From positions 169,136,001-169,200,000 of the forward strand of contig OX597814.1 in NCBI GenBank assembly GCA_951406725.2: 64,000 bases of DNA, read 5' to 3'. Origin of the DNA: Octopus vulgaris. Taxonomy: Eukaryota. The notes beneath the pieces were generated by a model, which worked only from the letters and a program-made list of their open reading frames with translations, was not told the origin of the DNA and did no database searches. Position numbers and translations under genes: made by a program. Position 1 is the first letter of the stretch. Each line of letters begins with the position of its first letter. Below are positions 25,347 through 36,939 of the stretch, one piece after another.

Positions 25347-25760
25347 AATATTTCTGCTTCAGCAACTGAATGCTAAATCTGTCTGAAATAATCATCACCA
25401 TTTAACATCTACCTTCCATGCTGGCATGGGTTGGTTGGTTTGATAGGGGCCGGCCAGGCAGAAGCTTGCACCAGACCTCTGTGTCTGTTTTAGCAACATT
25501 TTTATAGCTGGATGTATTTCCTGACACCAACCACCCAGCACTAAATGCAATGGAAAACAGATTAGTTTCAAAGCATTGATGTCCAGGTGACAAAAGCAAA
25601 GTTTGAAGGGAATAGTAGTCATTTCCTTTGATTTCTTGATAGAAGCAAATAGGAAATAACACTTACTGATGAAAGACAAAAAAAGGAAAACTTTTATTAC
25701 ACTGTATTATATGCTCCTACCCATCTACTGATGTGGTAAGTGGTCTATGATCTTGTTTAT

Positions 25761-25808
25761 ACTATCTGATGAAGCAACATGATGTTGGGGAAACTCCAGA
25801 GTAGCTAT
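25761..25808 (+). ncRNA. Degenerate minimal hammerhead ribozyme motif
   Basis: CTGATGA (25766-25772), CAACA/TGTTG stem II, GAAAC (25790-25794), TCCAGA, GTA. Stem III ACTC/GAGT. Stem I is poor. Confidence 0.45.
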
Positions 25809-26814
25809 CAACTGGATAAGTCAAAGCAAAGTGTGTCTGTATGTGTGTGTATATATGTATATGCATAATCAAAGGAATGGAAAAACAGAAAAAAATTCTG
25901 CTGAAGAAAACTTAATAGTATTAACAATGACAACATTACATAGCAATGACTAAAAGGAATTTCAAAAGTCACTTTTACAACCACAGTTCATTCCTCTGAA
26001 ATGAAGAAACGAGGAACTATATATGGTAAATTAAAGACAATGAAATTAATAATTTTAATGCCTTTTGAACAATACTGAATTCACAGAAACCATGCACCAG
26101 TGATTCCAATGTGCTTCAGAGTTTTTCATTCTAAATTAACTTGTGACCTCAAATGATTACTTAAATAAGAGATCTGAATGTTCACCAAATGCAGACATAT
26201 TAAGAAATTCCTTCTGGCTATTTTTAATTGAACAATAGAATTCAATTAATTGCATAACACACTACTGTTGATTTCTGTACGTGTATTTATGGGCATGTGC
26301 CAACATAAACCTCTTATCCAACAGCCTCTTCTGCTGCCATCACACCACGTACATTACATGCTAAACAGGAATTGATTATATGCTGCCTCAGATAAAGAAT
26401 TCTTGAGTAAACACACCGTTCTAGAGAAAATCTTCATTCTGCTAAATATTGCATCAGCAGAATGCAATATTTAGCAGGAAATGTAAATTCATTCATTAAA
26501 AAAACCCCCGCTAACATCTCTCTCTTTCTCTCTCACAATCTATCTATCTACCTATCTATCTGTCGGCCTGTCTGTCTATTATTTATCATCTATCTGTCCG
26601 CCTAACGATCCCTATTGATCAATTTTTTTCCTCTCCCCCTTTTTTTTACCCCCCCCCCTTTTTTGTCCTCTTTCTCTCCCTTTATGATCCCTTTTGATCG
26701 ACCCGCCCTTTTTTATTTTTATTTTTATTTTTTATTTTTTTTACCTTCAAAAGAAAAGCTCTACCTTGTAATTTGTTCTATCTGTGTGCAGCCCTGTGTG
26801 GCTAATAAAGAAAC

Positions 26815-26873
26815 ATATCTACCTGTCTGCCTATCTTATCCTATCCTATCTATCTATCTGTCTGTCTGTCTGT

Positions 26874-26967
<94 letters not shown>

Positions 26968-26998
26968 GCCTGTCTATCTACCTGCCTGTCTGTCTGTC
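26815..26998. repeat. Compound (TCTA)n/(TCTG)n/(CCTG)n microsatellite
   Basis: Direct inspection. Confidence 0.95.
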
Positions 26999-28089
26999 AT
27001 TACCCTTCCCTTCTGCTTCCCCACCTCTTCCATTATTCTTCTCAATGCTGTTCCCTCTGTTATTCCCTCCACTACTATCTTCGTGCAACAATAAATCCCT
27101 TTCTTCCTTCATGTCTTTTATTATCATTTACTTGTTTTAGTCATTAGACTCTGGCCACACTGTGGCACTGCCTTGAACAATTTTATTTGAATTAATCAAC
27201 CCAGTACTTATTTATTATTATTTCAAAGTCTGGTACTTATTCTACTGGTCTCCTTAGCTGAACTACTAAGTTATAGGGATGTAAACACACCAACACTGGT
27301 TGTCAAGCAGTGGTAGGACATGGGGACGCACACACACATACACACACACGGGCTGCTTTCAGTTTCCTTCTTCCGTATCCACTCACAAGGTTTTGGTCAG
27401 CCTAAGTCACTTGCCCAAGGTGACATGCTATGGAACTGAACCCAGAACCTTGTGGTTGGGAAGCAAGCTTCTTACCATACAACCCTGCCTGTACTTATGT
27501 GTATAAATGGTTAAATTATGCTTTAAAACCACGATTTGGGGTTCAAATTCTCTATGTGGCAATTTGAGAAATTATTTCCAAGTTCAGGGTGAACCAAAAT
27601 CTTGTGAGTGGATTGGTAGTTGGAAACTAAAAAAGGGCCCATCTTATTTTGCAAGTGCACATGTGCTATGATTGTGTCCCTTGTCTTGACCATGTGTGAT
27701 CGTTTTAAAACTAACATCACCATCATAAAACGGTGTCCTTTGTTTCCAGTCTTCCATGAAAACATACCTAACCAAAGGGGCTTACTTTGGAAATAGGTAG
27801 GGGTTGGTAATAGGAGGGAGAAACAGCTGTAGAAAATCTGGTTCAACAAATTCCGTCTGACCCATACAAATATGGAATACATATTTATATACACACGCAT
27901 ATAGACTTTATATTTATACATTTTATATTTCTATGTGCACATATACACATACATATTTATTTATATAAATTTTATACACACACACATGCATGTCTGTATA
28001 TATGTATGTACACACATATATATCATATCTGAGATTTAAAAGAACTGAATAACATTTAATTCTCATGCATATGCATCCTTAAATTTTGC

Positions 28090-28188
28090 TTATAAACCTG
28101 GAAAAAAAAGTTTGTTTCCATGATTTTGTTTTTGTTTTCGTTTCTCATAGTGTTCAAAATTTTTTGGGTGTCCTGTACCCATATATGC

Positions 28189-28223
<35 letters not shown>

Positions 28224-29050
28224 TGTAGGTATGAACATATATGTATATATGCATATATTTATATATTATTTATGTTATTTTATGATCGAACACCACGCAT
28301 CCATTTCCAAGTAAGTTTTATCTTAATAATTATGATGCACACTCTTAACTTTTACTAATTCTCCTCTGTCTGTCTCTCTCCCTCTCTTGTTCTTCATCCT
28401 TTCTGGTTTTCTCTCCCACCCTTCCCTATTCTTCTCCTCTCCCTTTCACCGTTCCCTCTCTCTCACTCCTCCTCCTCCCTCTCATCACTGACACGTGACC
28501 AGACGGAAGCCATCTTTCCGACTGCTATCTTCAACAAGTCAAGACGGCTTATCCCGTCCTTCTCATAAGCTGTCTCCTCTATGCATTCAAAATAATTTTT
28601 CCATCGTCTTGGCTTAACAGCTCTCATCATTTGTTTTTACTGTGTTATTCCCCGTGTCCTGTCTTCTACTGTTTTTATTTTTATTGTTTTACTGTCTTGT
28701 TTTGCTTTTACTGTCCTGTTCTTGTTACCACTTTTACCCCTCCACAAAAAATCCCAAATTTTATTTAATTTGCTTTGCAGGAAGGCCTCTTTCAACGAAG
28801 TCGCGTCTTGTCCTTACCTTCAAAACGCGGAGTAGACGAAACAGGGACAACTGAAGAAGGGGACTATTCCTTATGTTGTATGTCTTGTACTCTGTTCTTT
28901 CGTTGTTTGAAAAATAGTTCGTTTCTGTGTTTTTGTTTTTATGTTTTCGTTTCTCATTGTGTTCAACGTTTTTTTTTGTGTCCTGTACCCATATATGCAT
29001 GTATATATACATATAGATGTAGGTATGTACATATAAGTATGTATATATGC
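28090..29050 (-). repeat. Family G repeat, partial head-to-tail tandem (period ~810 bp)
   Basis: TCCTGTACCCATATATGCATGTATATATA at 28171 and 28981. Homologous to 1085-1437. Confidence 0.65.
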
Positions 29051-29349
29051 ATCATCATCATCATCATCATCATCATTTAACGTCCGCTTTCCATGCTAGC
29101 ATGGGTTGGACGGTTCAACTGGGGTCTGGGGAGCCCGAAGGCTGCACCAGGCCAGTCAGATCTGGCAGTGTTTCTACAGCTGGATGCCCTTCCTAACGCC
29201 AACCACTCCGAGAGTGTAGTGGGTGATTTTATGTGCCACCGACACAGGTGCCAGACGAGGCTGGCGAACGGCCACGCTCGGATGGTGTTTTTATGTGCCA
29301 CCGACACAGGTGCCAGACGAGGCTGGCGAACGGCCACGCTCGGATGGTG

Positions 29350-31322
29350 TTTTTATGTGCCACCGACACAGGTGCCAGACGAGGCTGGCGAACGGCCACG
29401 ATCGGATGGTGTTTCTTACGTGCCCACAGCACGGAGGCCAGTCGATGCGGTACTGGCTACGGCCACGTTCGGATGGCTTTCTTGTGTGCCACCGGCACTG
29501 GTACCACAAAGATACAAATTCCATTGATGTTCATCTATTTTGATTTGATTTGATTTGATTTTCACTTGCCTCAACAGGTCTTCACAAGTGTCACAAGAAG
29601 GAAGGAAGGTATGCACAGGTGAACTGACAACGTCCCAGGTAGGGGACCACGGGTTATGGCCTGACTAGTCTTGCCGGGTCTTCGGATGATGTTTTTATGT
29701 GCCTCCGACACAGGTGCCAGATGGATGGTGTTTGTTACGTGCCCACAGCACGGAGGCCAGTCGATGCGGTACTGTCTACGGCCACGTTCGGATGGTTTTC
29801 TTGTGTGCCACCGGCACTGGTACCACAAAGATACAAATTCCATTGATGTTCATCTATTTTGATTTGATTTGATTTCATTTGATTTGATCACTTGTCTCAA
29901 CAGGTCTTCACAAGTGTCACAAGAAGGAAGGTATGCACAGGCGGACTGACTACGTCCCAGGTAGGGGCCACGGGTTATGGCCTGACTAGTCTTGCTGGGT
30001 CTTCAGATCATGTTTTTATGTGCCTCCGACACAGGTGCCAGATGGATGGTGTTTGTTACGTGCCCACAGCACGGAGGCCAGTCGATGCGGTACTGTCTAC
30101 GGCCACGTTCGGATGGTTTTCTTGTGTTCCACCGGCCCTGGTACCACAAAGATACAAATTCCATTGATGTTCATCTATTTTGATTTGTTTTGATTTGATC
30201 ACTTGCCTCAACAGGTCTTCACAAGTGTCACAAGAAGGAAGGTATGCACAGGCGGACTGACTACGTCCCAGGTAGGGGCCACGGGTTATGGCCTGACTAG
30301 TCTTGCCGGGTCTTCAGATGGTGTTTTTACGTGCCACCGACACAGGTGCCAGATGAGGCTGGCGAACGGCCACGATCGGATGGTGTTTGTTATGAGCCCA
30401 CAGCACAGAGGCCAGTCGATGCGGTACTGTCTACGGCCACGTTCGGATGGTTTTCTTGTGTGCCACCGGCACTGGTACCACAAAGATACAAATTCCATTG
30501 ATGTTCATCTATTTTGATTTGATTTGATTTGATTTGATCACTTGCCTCAACAGGTCTTCACAAGTGTCACAAGAAGGAAGGTATGCAGGCGGACTGACTA
30601 CGTCCCAGGTAGGGGCCACGGGTTATGGCCTGACTAGTCTTGCCGGGTCTTCAGATGGTGTTTTTACGTGCCACCGACACAGGTGCCAGATGAGGCTGGC
30701 GAACGGCCACGATCGGATGGTGTTTGTTATGAGCCCACAGCACAGAGGCCAGTCGATGCGGTACTGTCTACGGCCACGTTCGGATGGTTTTCTTGTGTGC
30801 CACCGGCACTGGTACCACAAAGATACAAATTCCATTGATGTTCATCTATTTTGATTTGATTTGATTTGATTTGATCACTTGTCTCAACAGGTCTTCACAA
30901 GTGTCACAAGAAGGGAGGTATGCACAGGTGGACTGACTACGTCCCAGGTAGGGGCCACGGGTTATGGCCTGACTAGTCTTGCCGGGTCTTCGGATGGTGT
31001 CTTTATGTGCCACCGACACAGGTGCCAGATGAGGCTGGCGAACGGCCACGATCGGATGGTGTTTGCTATGTGCCCACAGCACGGAGGCCAGTCAATGCGG
31101 CACTGGCTACGGCCACGTTCGGATGGTTTTCTTGTGTGCCACCGGCACTGGTAACAAAGATACAAATTCCATTGATGATCATCTATTTTATTTTGATTTT
31201 CACTTTCACTTGCCTCAACAGGTCTTCACAAGTGTCACAAGAAGGAAGGTATGCACAGGTGGACTGACTACGTCCCAGGTAGGGGCCACGGGTTATGGCC
31301 TGACTACTCTTGCCGGGTCTTC
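29350..31322 (-). repeat. Six-copy tandem array of the RTE stop-codon/3' UTR segment
   Basis: Anchor TCTTGC(C/T)GGGTCTTC at 29669, 29990, 30301, 30638, 30977 and 31308 (spacings 321, 311, 337, 339, 331). Confidence 0.92.
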
Positions 31323-32950
31323 TCATGCACAGCATACTTCCATAGGTCTCGGTCTCTAGTCATTTCCTTGGTGAGACCTAAAGTTCGAAGGTCGTGCTTC
31401 ACCACCTCGTCCCAGGTTTTCCTGGGTCTACCTCTTCCACAGGTTCCCTCAACTGCTAGGGTGTAGCACTTTTGCACACAACTATCTACAGCCATTCTCG
31501 TCACATGACCATACCAGCGCAGCCGTCTCTCTTGCACACCACAATTGACGCTTCTTAGGTTCAACTTTTCTCTCAAGGTACTTACACTCTGACGATTATG
31601 AACACTGACATTACACATCCATCGGAGCATACTGGCTTCATTTCTTGCAAGCTTACGCATATCCTCAGCAGTCACGGCCCATGTTTCACTACCATGTAGC
31701 ATGGCTGTACGTACACATGCATCATACAGTCTGCCTTTTACTCTGAGCGAGAGGCCTTTTGTCACCAGCAGGGGTAAGAGCTCTCTAAACTTTGCCCAAG
31801 CTATTCTTACTCTAGCAGTTACACTTTCAGCACACCCACCCCCGCTCCTGACTTGGTCTCCTAGGTAGCGGAAGCTATCAACTACTTCTAGTTTGTCTCC
31901 CTGGAACGTGGTAGAAGTTGGTCTCTGCACATTTCCAGTGTTTATTGCTCCTGAGCATCTGCCACGGACAAAAACTATTTTCTTAGTTAGCCTTCCTTTG
32001 ACATTGCTGCACCTCTTATGTGTCCATAGCTTACACTTGGTGCACCTTATAGAGTTTCTACCTACACCTTTTTTACAGATCGAGCAGGGCCATCTACCTG
32101 AAGTCGTTTGTGATTGGTCCACCTTCCTACTTATTAGGACTTTGGTTTTGGCTAGGTTGATTCTAAGGCCCTTCGATTCTAATCCTTGTTTCCACACCTG
32201 AAACTTCTCCTCCAGTTCTGATAGTGACTCAGCAATTAGAGCAAGGTCATCAGCATAGAGGAGCTCCCAGGGGCATCCTGTCTTGAATTCCTCCGTTATT
32301 GCTTGGAGGACTATGATAAATAGGAGGGGACTGAGGACTGAACCTTGGTGGACCCCAACCTCTACCCGGAATTCTTCACTGTACTCGTTGCCAACCCTCA
32401 CCTTACTAGCAGCGTCTCTGTACATGGCTTGCACAGCTCTCACTAACCATTCATCTATCCCTAGTTTCCTCATTGACCACCAGATAAGGGATCGGGGGAC
32501 CCTGTCAAAGGCTTTCTCCAAGTCAACAAAAGCCAGGTACAAGGGCTTGTCTTTGGCTAGGTATTTCTCCTGCAGCTGTCTTACCAGGAATATAGCATCA
32601 CTAGTACTTTTCCCTGGCACGAACCCAAACTGCATATCATCTAAGCTGACACTCTCTCTAATTAGTTGGGCTATAACCCTCTCCGTAACCTTCATTACCT
32701 GATCCAGCAGCTTGATGCCTCTGTAGTTATTTGTATCTAGGGCGTCGCCTTTACCTTTGTAGCAGTTGACTATTATGCTGCTACACCAGTCATTGGGTAT
32801 GACTCCCTCGTGTATCACCTGGTTAACTATACGGGTGACTAAGCTATAGCCGACACCACCAGATATTTTGAGCATCTCTGCAGTAATTCCTGATGGGCCT
32901 GGAGCTTTCCCTGTTTTCATGCTTCTAATTGCCTTATCTACTAAGGAACT
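31304..32950 (-). CDS. RTE LINE reverse transcriptase (5'-truncated, ~548 aa) with PHD-like insert
   Basis: KAPGPSG, NYRGIKLL, QFGF, FVDLEKAFD, GVHQGSVLSP, YADD, FRYLG, RLRWYGHV, RGRPRKTW, with no stops. The first 29 codons of the ORF-track call come from flanking DNA. Confidence 0.93.
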   Translation of the reverse strand, partial: SSLVDKAIRSMKTGKAPGPSGITAEMLKISGGVGYSLVTRIVNQVIHEGVIPNDWCSSIIVNCYKGKGDALDTNNYRGIKLLDQVMKVTERVIAQLIRESVSLDDMQFGFVPGKSTSDAIFLVRQLQEKYLAKDKPLYLAFVDLEKAFDRVPRSLIWWSMRKLGIDEWLVRAVQAMYRDAASKVRVGNEYSEEFRVEVGVHQGSVLSPLLFIIVLQAITEEFKTGCPWELLYADDLALIAESLSELEEKFQVWKQGLESKGLRINLAKTKVLISRKVDQSQTTSGRWPCSICKKGVGRNSIRCTKCKLWTHKRCSNVKGRLTKKIVFVRGRCSGAINTGNVQRPTSTTFQGDKLEVVDSFRYLGDQVRSGGGCAESVTARVRIAWAKFRELLPLLVTKGLSLRVKGRLYDACVRTAMLHGSETWAVTAEDMRKLARNEASMLRWMCNVSVHNRQSVSTLREKLNLRSVNCGVQERRLRWYGHVTRMAVDSCVQKCYTLAVEGTCGRGRPRKTWDEVVKHDLRTLGLTKEMTRDRDLWKYAVHEKTRQE

Positions 32951-33194
32951 GTTACACACACATACATATGTATGTAAGGATGCTGATGAGTTAATTATGA
33001 TTTTATTGAACATATTCACCATGTCAGATTCATACACTTATTGCAGCAGTCCTTCAGCTTTTCATAGCCCTGTAAAAGAACTCGGAAGTTTTGACCTTCA
33101 GCCCGACCTTTTGTGATATCCTTAAAACCCGGAGCTTTTTAGTACCTTCTCTTATATACATATATATTTTCATTATTTTTTGGTGGGGCTGATT

Positions 33195-33354
33195 CTCCAC
33201 TGATTCCTACACCTGATTTTCTCCCCTCCATACACACGCAAGCATATATCTGACTCATACACTGTTCACTTTCCAGGCATTTGTACATTACTGCATAAGC
33301 TTTATATGCACTTTTGACAAGTTGTGGTGCACCTGAGCACTGTATACAATAATT

Positions 33355-33418
<64 letters not shown>
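33195..33418 (+). mobile_element. CR1-type LINE 3' UTR with (ATT)n tail
   Basis: Ends GTTGTGGTGCACCTGAGCACTGTATACAATAATTTC(ATT)n. The same terminus lies downstream of the CR1-like coding fragment at 34505-34728. Confidence 0.6.
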
Positions 33419-33419
<1 letters not shown>

Positions 33420-34086
33420 GTTCTTTAGACAAGGAAAACAAAGTAACGCATGACAGTAGATAGATGGAGATGCATGGCTGACTGAACTCCCACACAGGTT
33501 GGTATTGCCAAATGTTCATAGAAAACATGAAGTGAAAGAAGGTGGCTTCTTAATAGCTATTAATCACTTATTCATGCATGCTCTCCCAAACACAAAACTC
33601 ACAAAGCCACATGTAAATCCATACACACAAATGCACATACATAGGGCTCATACATGTCATAGGTTTTCTTAGAAAGTAGAAAAAAAGGGTGCAGCACAGG
33701 AAGTAAGATATAAGTCGGAAGGACTAGCAGCTCACAGTTCATCCATCTCACATACATGCATACATGCATGCATTTATGCAACGCAATTTAGTATGCTGTT
33801 AGCCAGCAGTTAATAGATGCACAGGAGAGAGGAATGAGAAAGCATGTGTGGACATACAATATCGTGCTAAAATTACAGAACCAAAGTCAATAAATGCATA
33901 TATTTCTTTTTCCTTTTTTTTCTCCTCTATCTCTTTCTCTCTCATTTTTTTGCTTGTTTGTTTTTTGCAATCTTCGTTTTCTCCATCACCAACCTAAAAT
34001 CCATATGTGTGTATGTATATGAAAGAAATTGTTGTATAACTGTTGAAACAATTATACAAAATATATATGAAAGAAATTGTTGTAAA

Positions 34087-34505
34087 AAGGCGGCGAGCTG
34101 GCAGAAACGTTAGCACGCCAGGCGAAATGCTTACCAGTATTTCATCTGCCGTTACGTTCTGAGTTCAAATTCCGCCGAGGTCGACTTTGCCTTTCGTCCT
34201 TTTAGGGTCAATAAATTAAGTACCAGTTATGCACTGGAGTCGATGTAATCGACTTAATCTGTTTGACTGTCCTTGTTTGTCCTCTCTGTGTTTAGCCCCT
34301 TGTGGGTAGTAAAGAAATAGGTATTTCGTCTGCCATTACGTTCTGAGTTCAAATTCCATCGAGGTCGACTTTGCCTTTCATCCTTTCAGGGTCGATAAAT
34401 TAAGCACCAGTTATGCACTGAGGTCGATGTAATTGACTTAATCCCTTTGTCTGTCCTTGTTTGTCCCTTCTATGTTTAGCCCCCTGTGGGCAATAAAGAA
34501 ATAAG
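34087..34505 (+). mobile_element. SINE family B tandem: full copy plus 5'-truncated copy, inside one TSD
   Basis: Copies at 34087-34319 and 34320-34505. AAGAAATTGTTGTA occurs on both sides. Confidence 0.87.
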
Positions 34506-34728
34506 AAATTGTTGTATACAGTGCTCAGGTGCACTACAATTAACGAGAAAAGAAAAAAATGCCATCAGTTGTACTGTGGGCAGATTTCAGGAAGTATGGA
34601 AAATTTGAAGGACATAGTGGCTTGACAGCTAACAACTGATGCAGGTAGCATATTCCATGTTTCAAGAATTGTGAGCGTGAAAAAGTATTTCTGAAAGTCA
34701 TGGGTGCTGTGTTGTTTTTTGATTCTTG
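34505..34728 (-). mobile_element. CR1-clade LINE ORF2 C-terminal fragment
   Basis: HDFQKYFFTLTILETWNMLPASVV...SFK matches the CR1 pattern R..FFS.RVV..WN.LP..VV...FK. Confidence 0.72.
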
Positions 34729-35020
34729 GAACAGAAGAGGAATAAATATTTAGGAGCCAATCTCTTTCATTGTCTTGCATAGTTCTCTGCTGACACTGAT
34801 TGGCTGAAACTGACCAGTGTTGGTGTGTATGAAGTTCAGCCAATCTTGTGTCCCTATCTATTTGCCTTAACTGTAAGAAGTTTTTGTTTTTCTGTAAAAT
34901 ATTTAGTTTTTCCCTTCCTAGGGAACCATCTCCGGAGTAACAAGTCACTGGATCAGCCAAAATAGGCTACTGTATTCTTTTGTAATGTCGAGTATTTTTC
35001 TCCACTGGCTTTAAACCAAT

Positions 35021-35081
<61 letters not shown>

Positions 35082-36099
35082 TACATATGGAGCCTTGAAT
35101 CTAGGTTAGAAACTGGCTCTTTCTCTATTGGCAAGAAATCTTGAAATAAAAATGAACAATGACATACATACATACATACATACATACATACATACATACA
35201 TACATACATACATACATAAATACATACATACATTCATATGTGTGTGTGTGTGTGTGTGTGTAGGCACAACTATGGTTAATGGTTAAGAAGCTTGTTTTGC
35301 AATGACATGGTTCATGGTTCAGTTCCTTTGCATGGCACTTTGAACACGTGTTTTCCACAAATTCCTTGGGCCAACCAATGTCTTGTGAGTGAATTTGGTT
35401 GATACGTGTTTGTGTTTGTGCCCCATCACTACTTGACATCTAGTGCTGATTTGTTTACATTCCTTTAACTCAGTGGTTCAGCAAAAGAGACCAGTAGATT
35501 ATGCTCCAGACTAAAAATAAAATAACTTGCATCAATTTGTTCACTTAAACCCTTCAAAGCAGTGTTCCACTATGGCCACAATCCAATGACTGAAATAAGT
35601 AAAAGATATATATAATAATTAATAGCAACAGAAGTAGAATTAAACCCAAAAGGCAATCTTTATATCCAACTTAATGTAGATGTCTTGTTATAACACTGAA
35701 TGCTACATTATTTACTTTGAGAGAACCTCTCATATGGTGCCTATAAAGCACTGATATTTACATCGGTGACAGATGAGAATCATATGCTATGCATGCTGGA
35801 ACTGCCAGACCATGTGATTTCCACCTGCTTGGCCTCTTCAGTGGCAGTGATCCAGTAGCAGCATAACAGTTGAAACTGATTGTCAATGATACATAGAATT
35901 TCAGTGTGTTTTCAGGCACTAATTTGACAAATAGCCATACAGGGACAACTGCTACTGAAGAGATCAAGCAGGTCAAAATCATGTGATCTGACAGTTCTGG
36001 CACCCATAGCAGATAATTTTTTTAATCTGCCAGTGATATAAATATGAGTGCTTTTATGCATCATTCCTTCATAAGAGAGGTCCTCTCAAAATAAATAAT

Positions 36100-36441
36100 G
36101 CAATATTCAGTTTTTGCATTTGGTTTGCAAGATTCTTTATGTGAGCTTGTGTGTTGAAGCATATTTTGTTGTATCTGGGGAGAGTCATTCTCTTTTGGCG
36201 CCTTATAGTTTAACACACTCTCCGGTAAAATTTCCACTTATTTCTTTTTTCTTTTTTTTTCTTTTTCTAAAATTTTATCATTGTGTCTTGCAACCTTTTC
36301 AATAGTTTTGAAAAGGTTACAAGGCACAATGAAAATTTTAGAATAATAAAAAAATAAAATAAAAAAGAAATAAGTGGAAATTTTACCAGTGAGTGTGTTA
36401 AATTATAAGCCACCAAAAGAGAATGACTCTCCCCAGATACA
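36100..36441. mobile_element. Palindromic foldback element
   Basis: Arms 36170-36302 and 36308-36441 around the loop TAGTT. Same family as 38425-38795. Confidence 0.75.
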
Positions 36442-36503
36442 GAGGTATTTAGTGTTCTAACACAACCTCCATGTTAAGTTGTATATAAAGTTTGCATTTT
36501 GAC

Positions 36504-36536
<33 letters not shown>

Positions 36537-36939
36537 TCACATGATCACATGACTGACCAGACTATCAAATGTTGTTACTCATCACTGGTCACGATGTGTT
36601 TTACATCGCCTGGCTAAGTGAGAAGCTAACATTCTCCTGCTGATTGAAAAGGGGACTGAATGAATGTGAAACAAATTGTTTTGCCTAAGAGCACAATATA
36701 CCACCTGGTCTGGGAATCGATCCCATGAATCTAGTGATCATCAGTGCAAAGGCCTAACCACTAGTTCACATATATGTGTGTGCGTGTACACACACTTCCT
36801 GAATATACTTACTTATATAGCCAGGTATACATCATCATCTTCAGCATTTTTACCTCCACTTTTCCATAGTATGAGTTGGAGGGGCTCTTTTATGGCACAG
36901 TTTTATAACCAGATTCCTTTACCCACACCAGCCTTTCTA

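Larger units (their letters stand above)
29051..32951 (-). mobile_element. Young 5'-truncated RTE-clade LINE with tandemly amplified 3' end and (GAT)n tail
   Basis: Uninterrupted RT ORF, 3' UTR array at ~29230-31322, (CAT)n at 29050-29076 on the + strand. Truncated into a (CA)n tract, with no APE domain and no clear TSD. Confidence 0.93.

Noticed and set aside
28825-28875. GAAAC...CTGAAGA in family G
   Set aside because: Only 8 nt separate the boxes, too few for stems III and I.
29230-29500. CRISPR-like repeat/spacer look of the GTGCCACCGGCAC arrays (also 20450-20940)
   Set aside because: The linkers are homologous to each other, there are no cas genes, and the context is a eukaryotic LINE 3' UTR.
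30280-30325. CTGAAGA created at some array junctions (possible retrozyme hammerhead) and an HDV-like loop in the subunits
   Set aside because: No correctly placed GAAA or stem III, other units read CCGAAGA, and the HDV P1/P2 pairings could not be built.
29093-31359. Many overlapping 60-140 aa ORFs
   Set aside because: By-products of the GC-richer tandem UTR array, with no domain motifs.
32951-33037. N-terminal 29 aa of the 577 aa ORF
   Set aside because: Read-through into flanking (CA)n DNA beyond the 5' truncation, not a genuine start.
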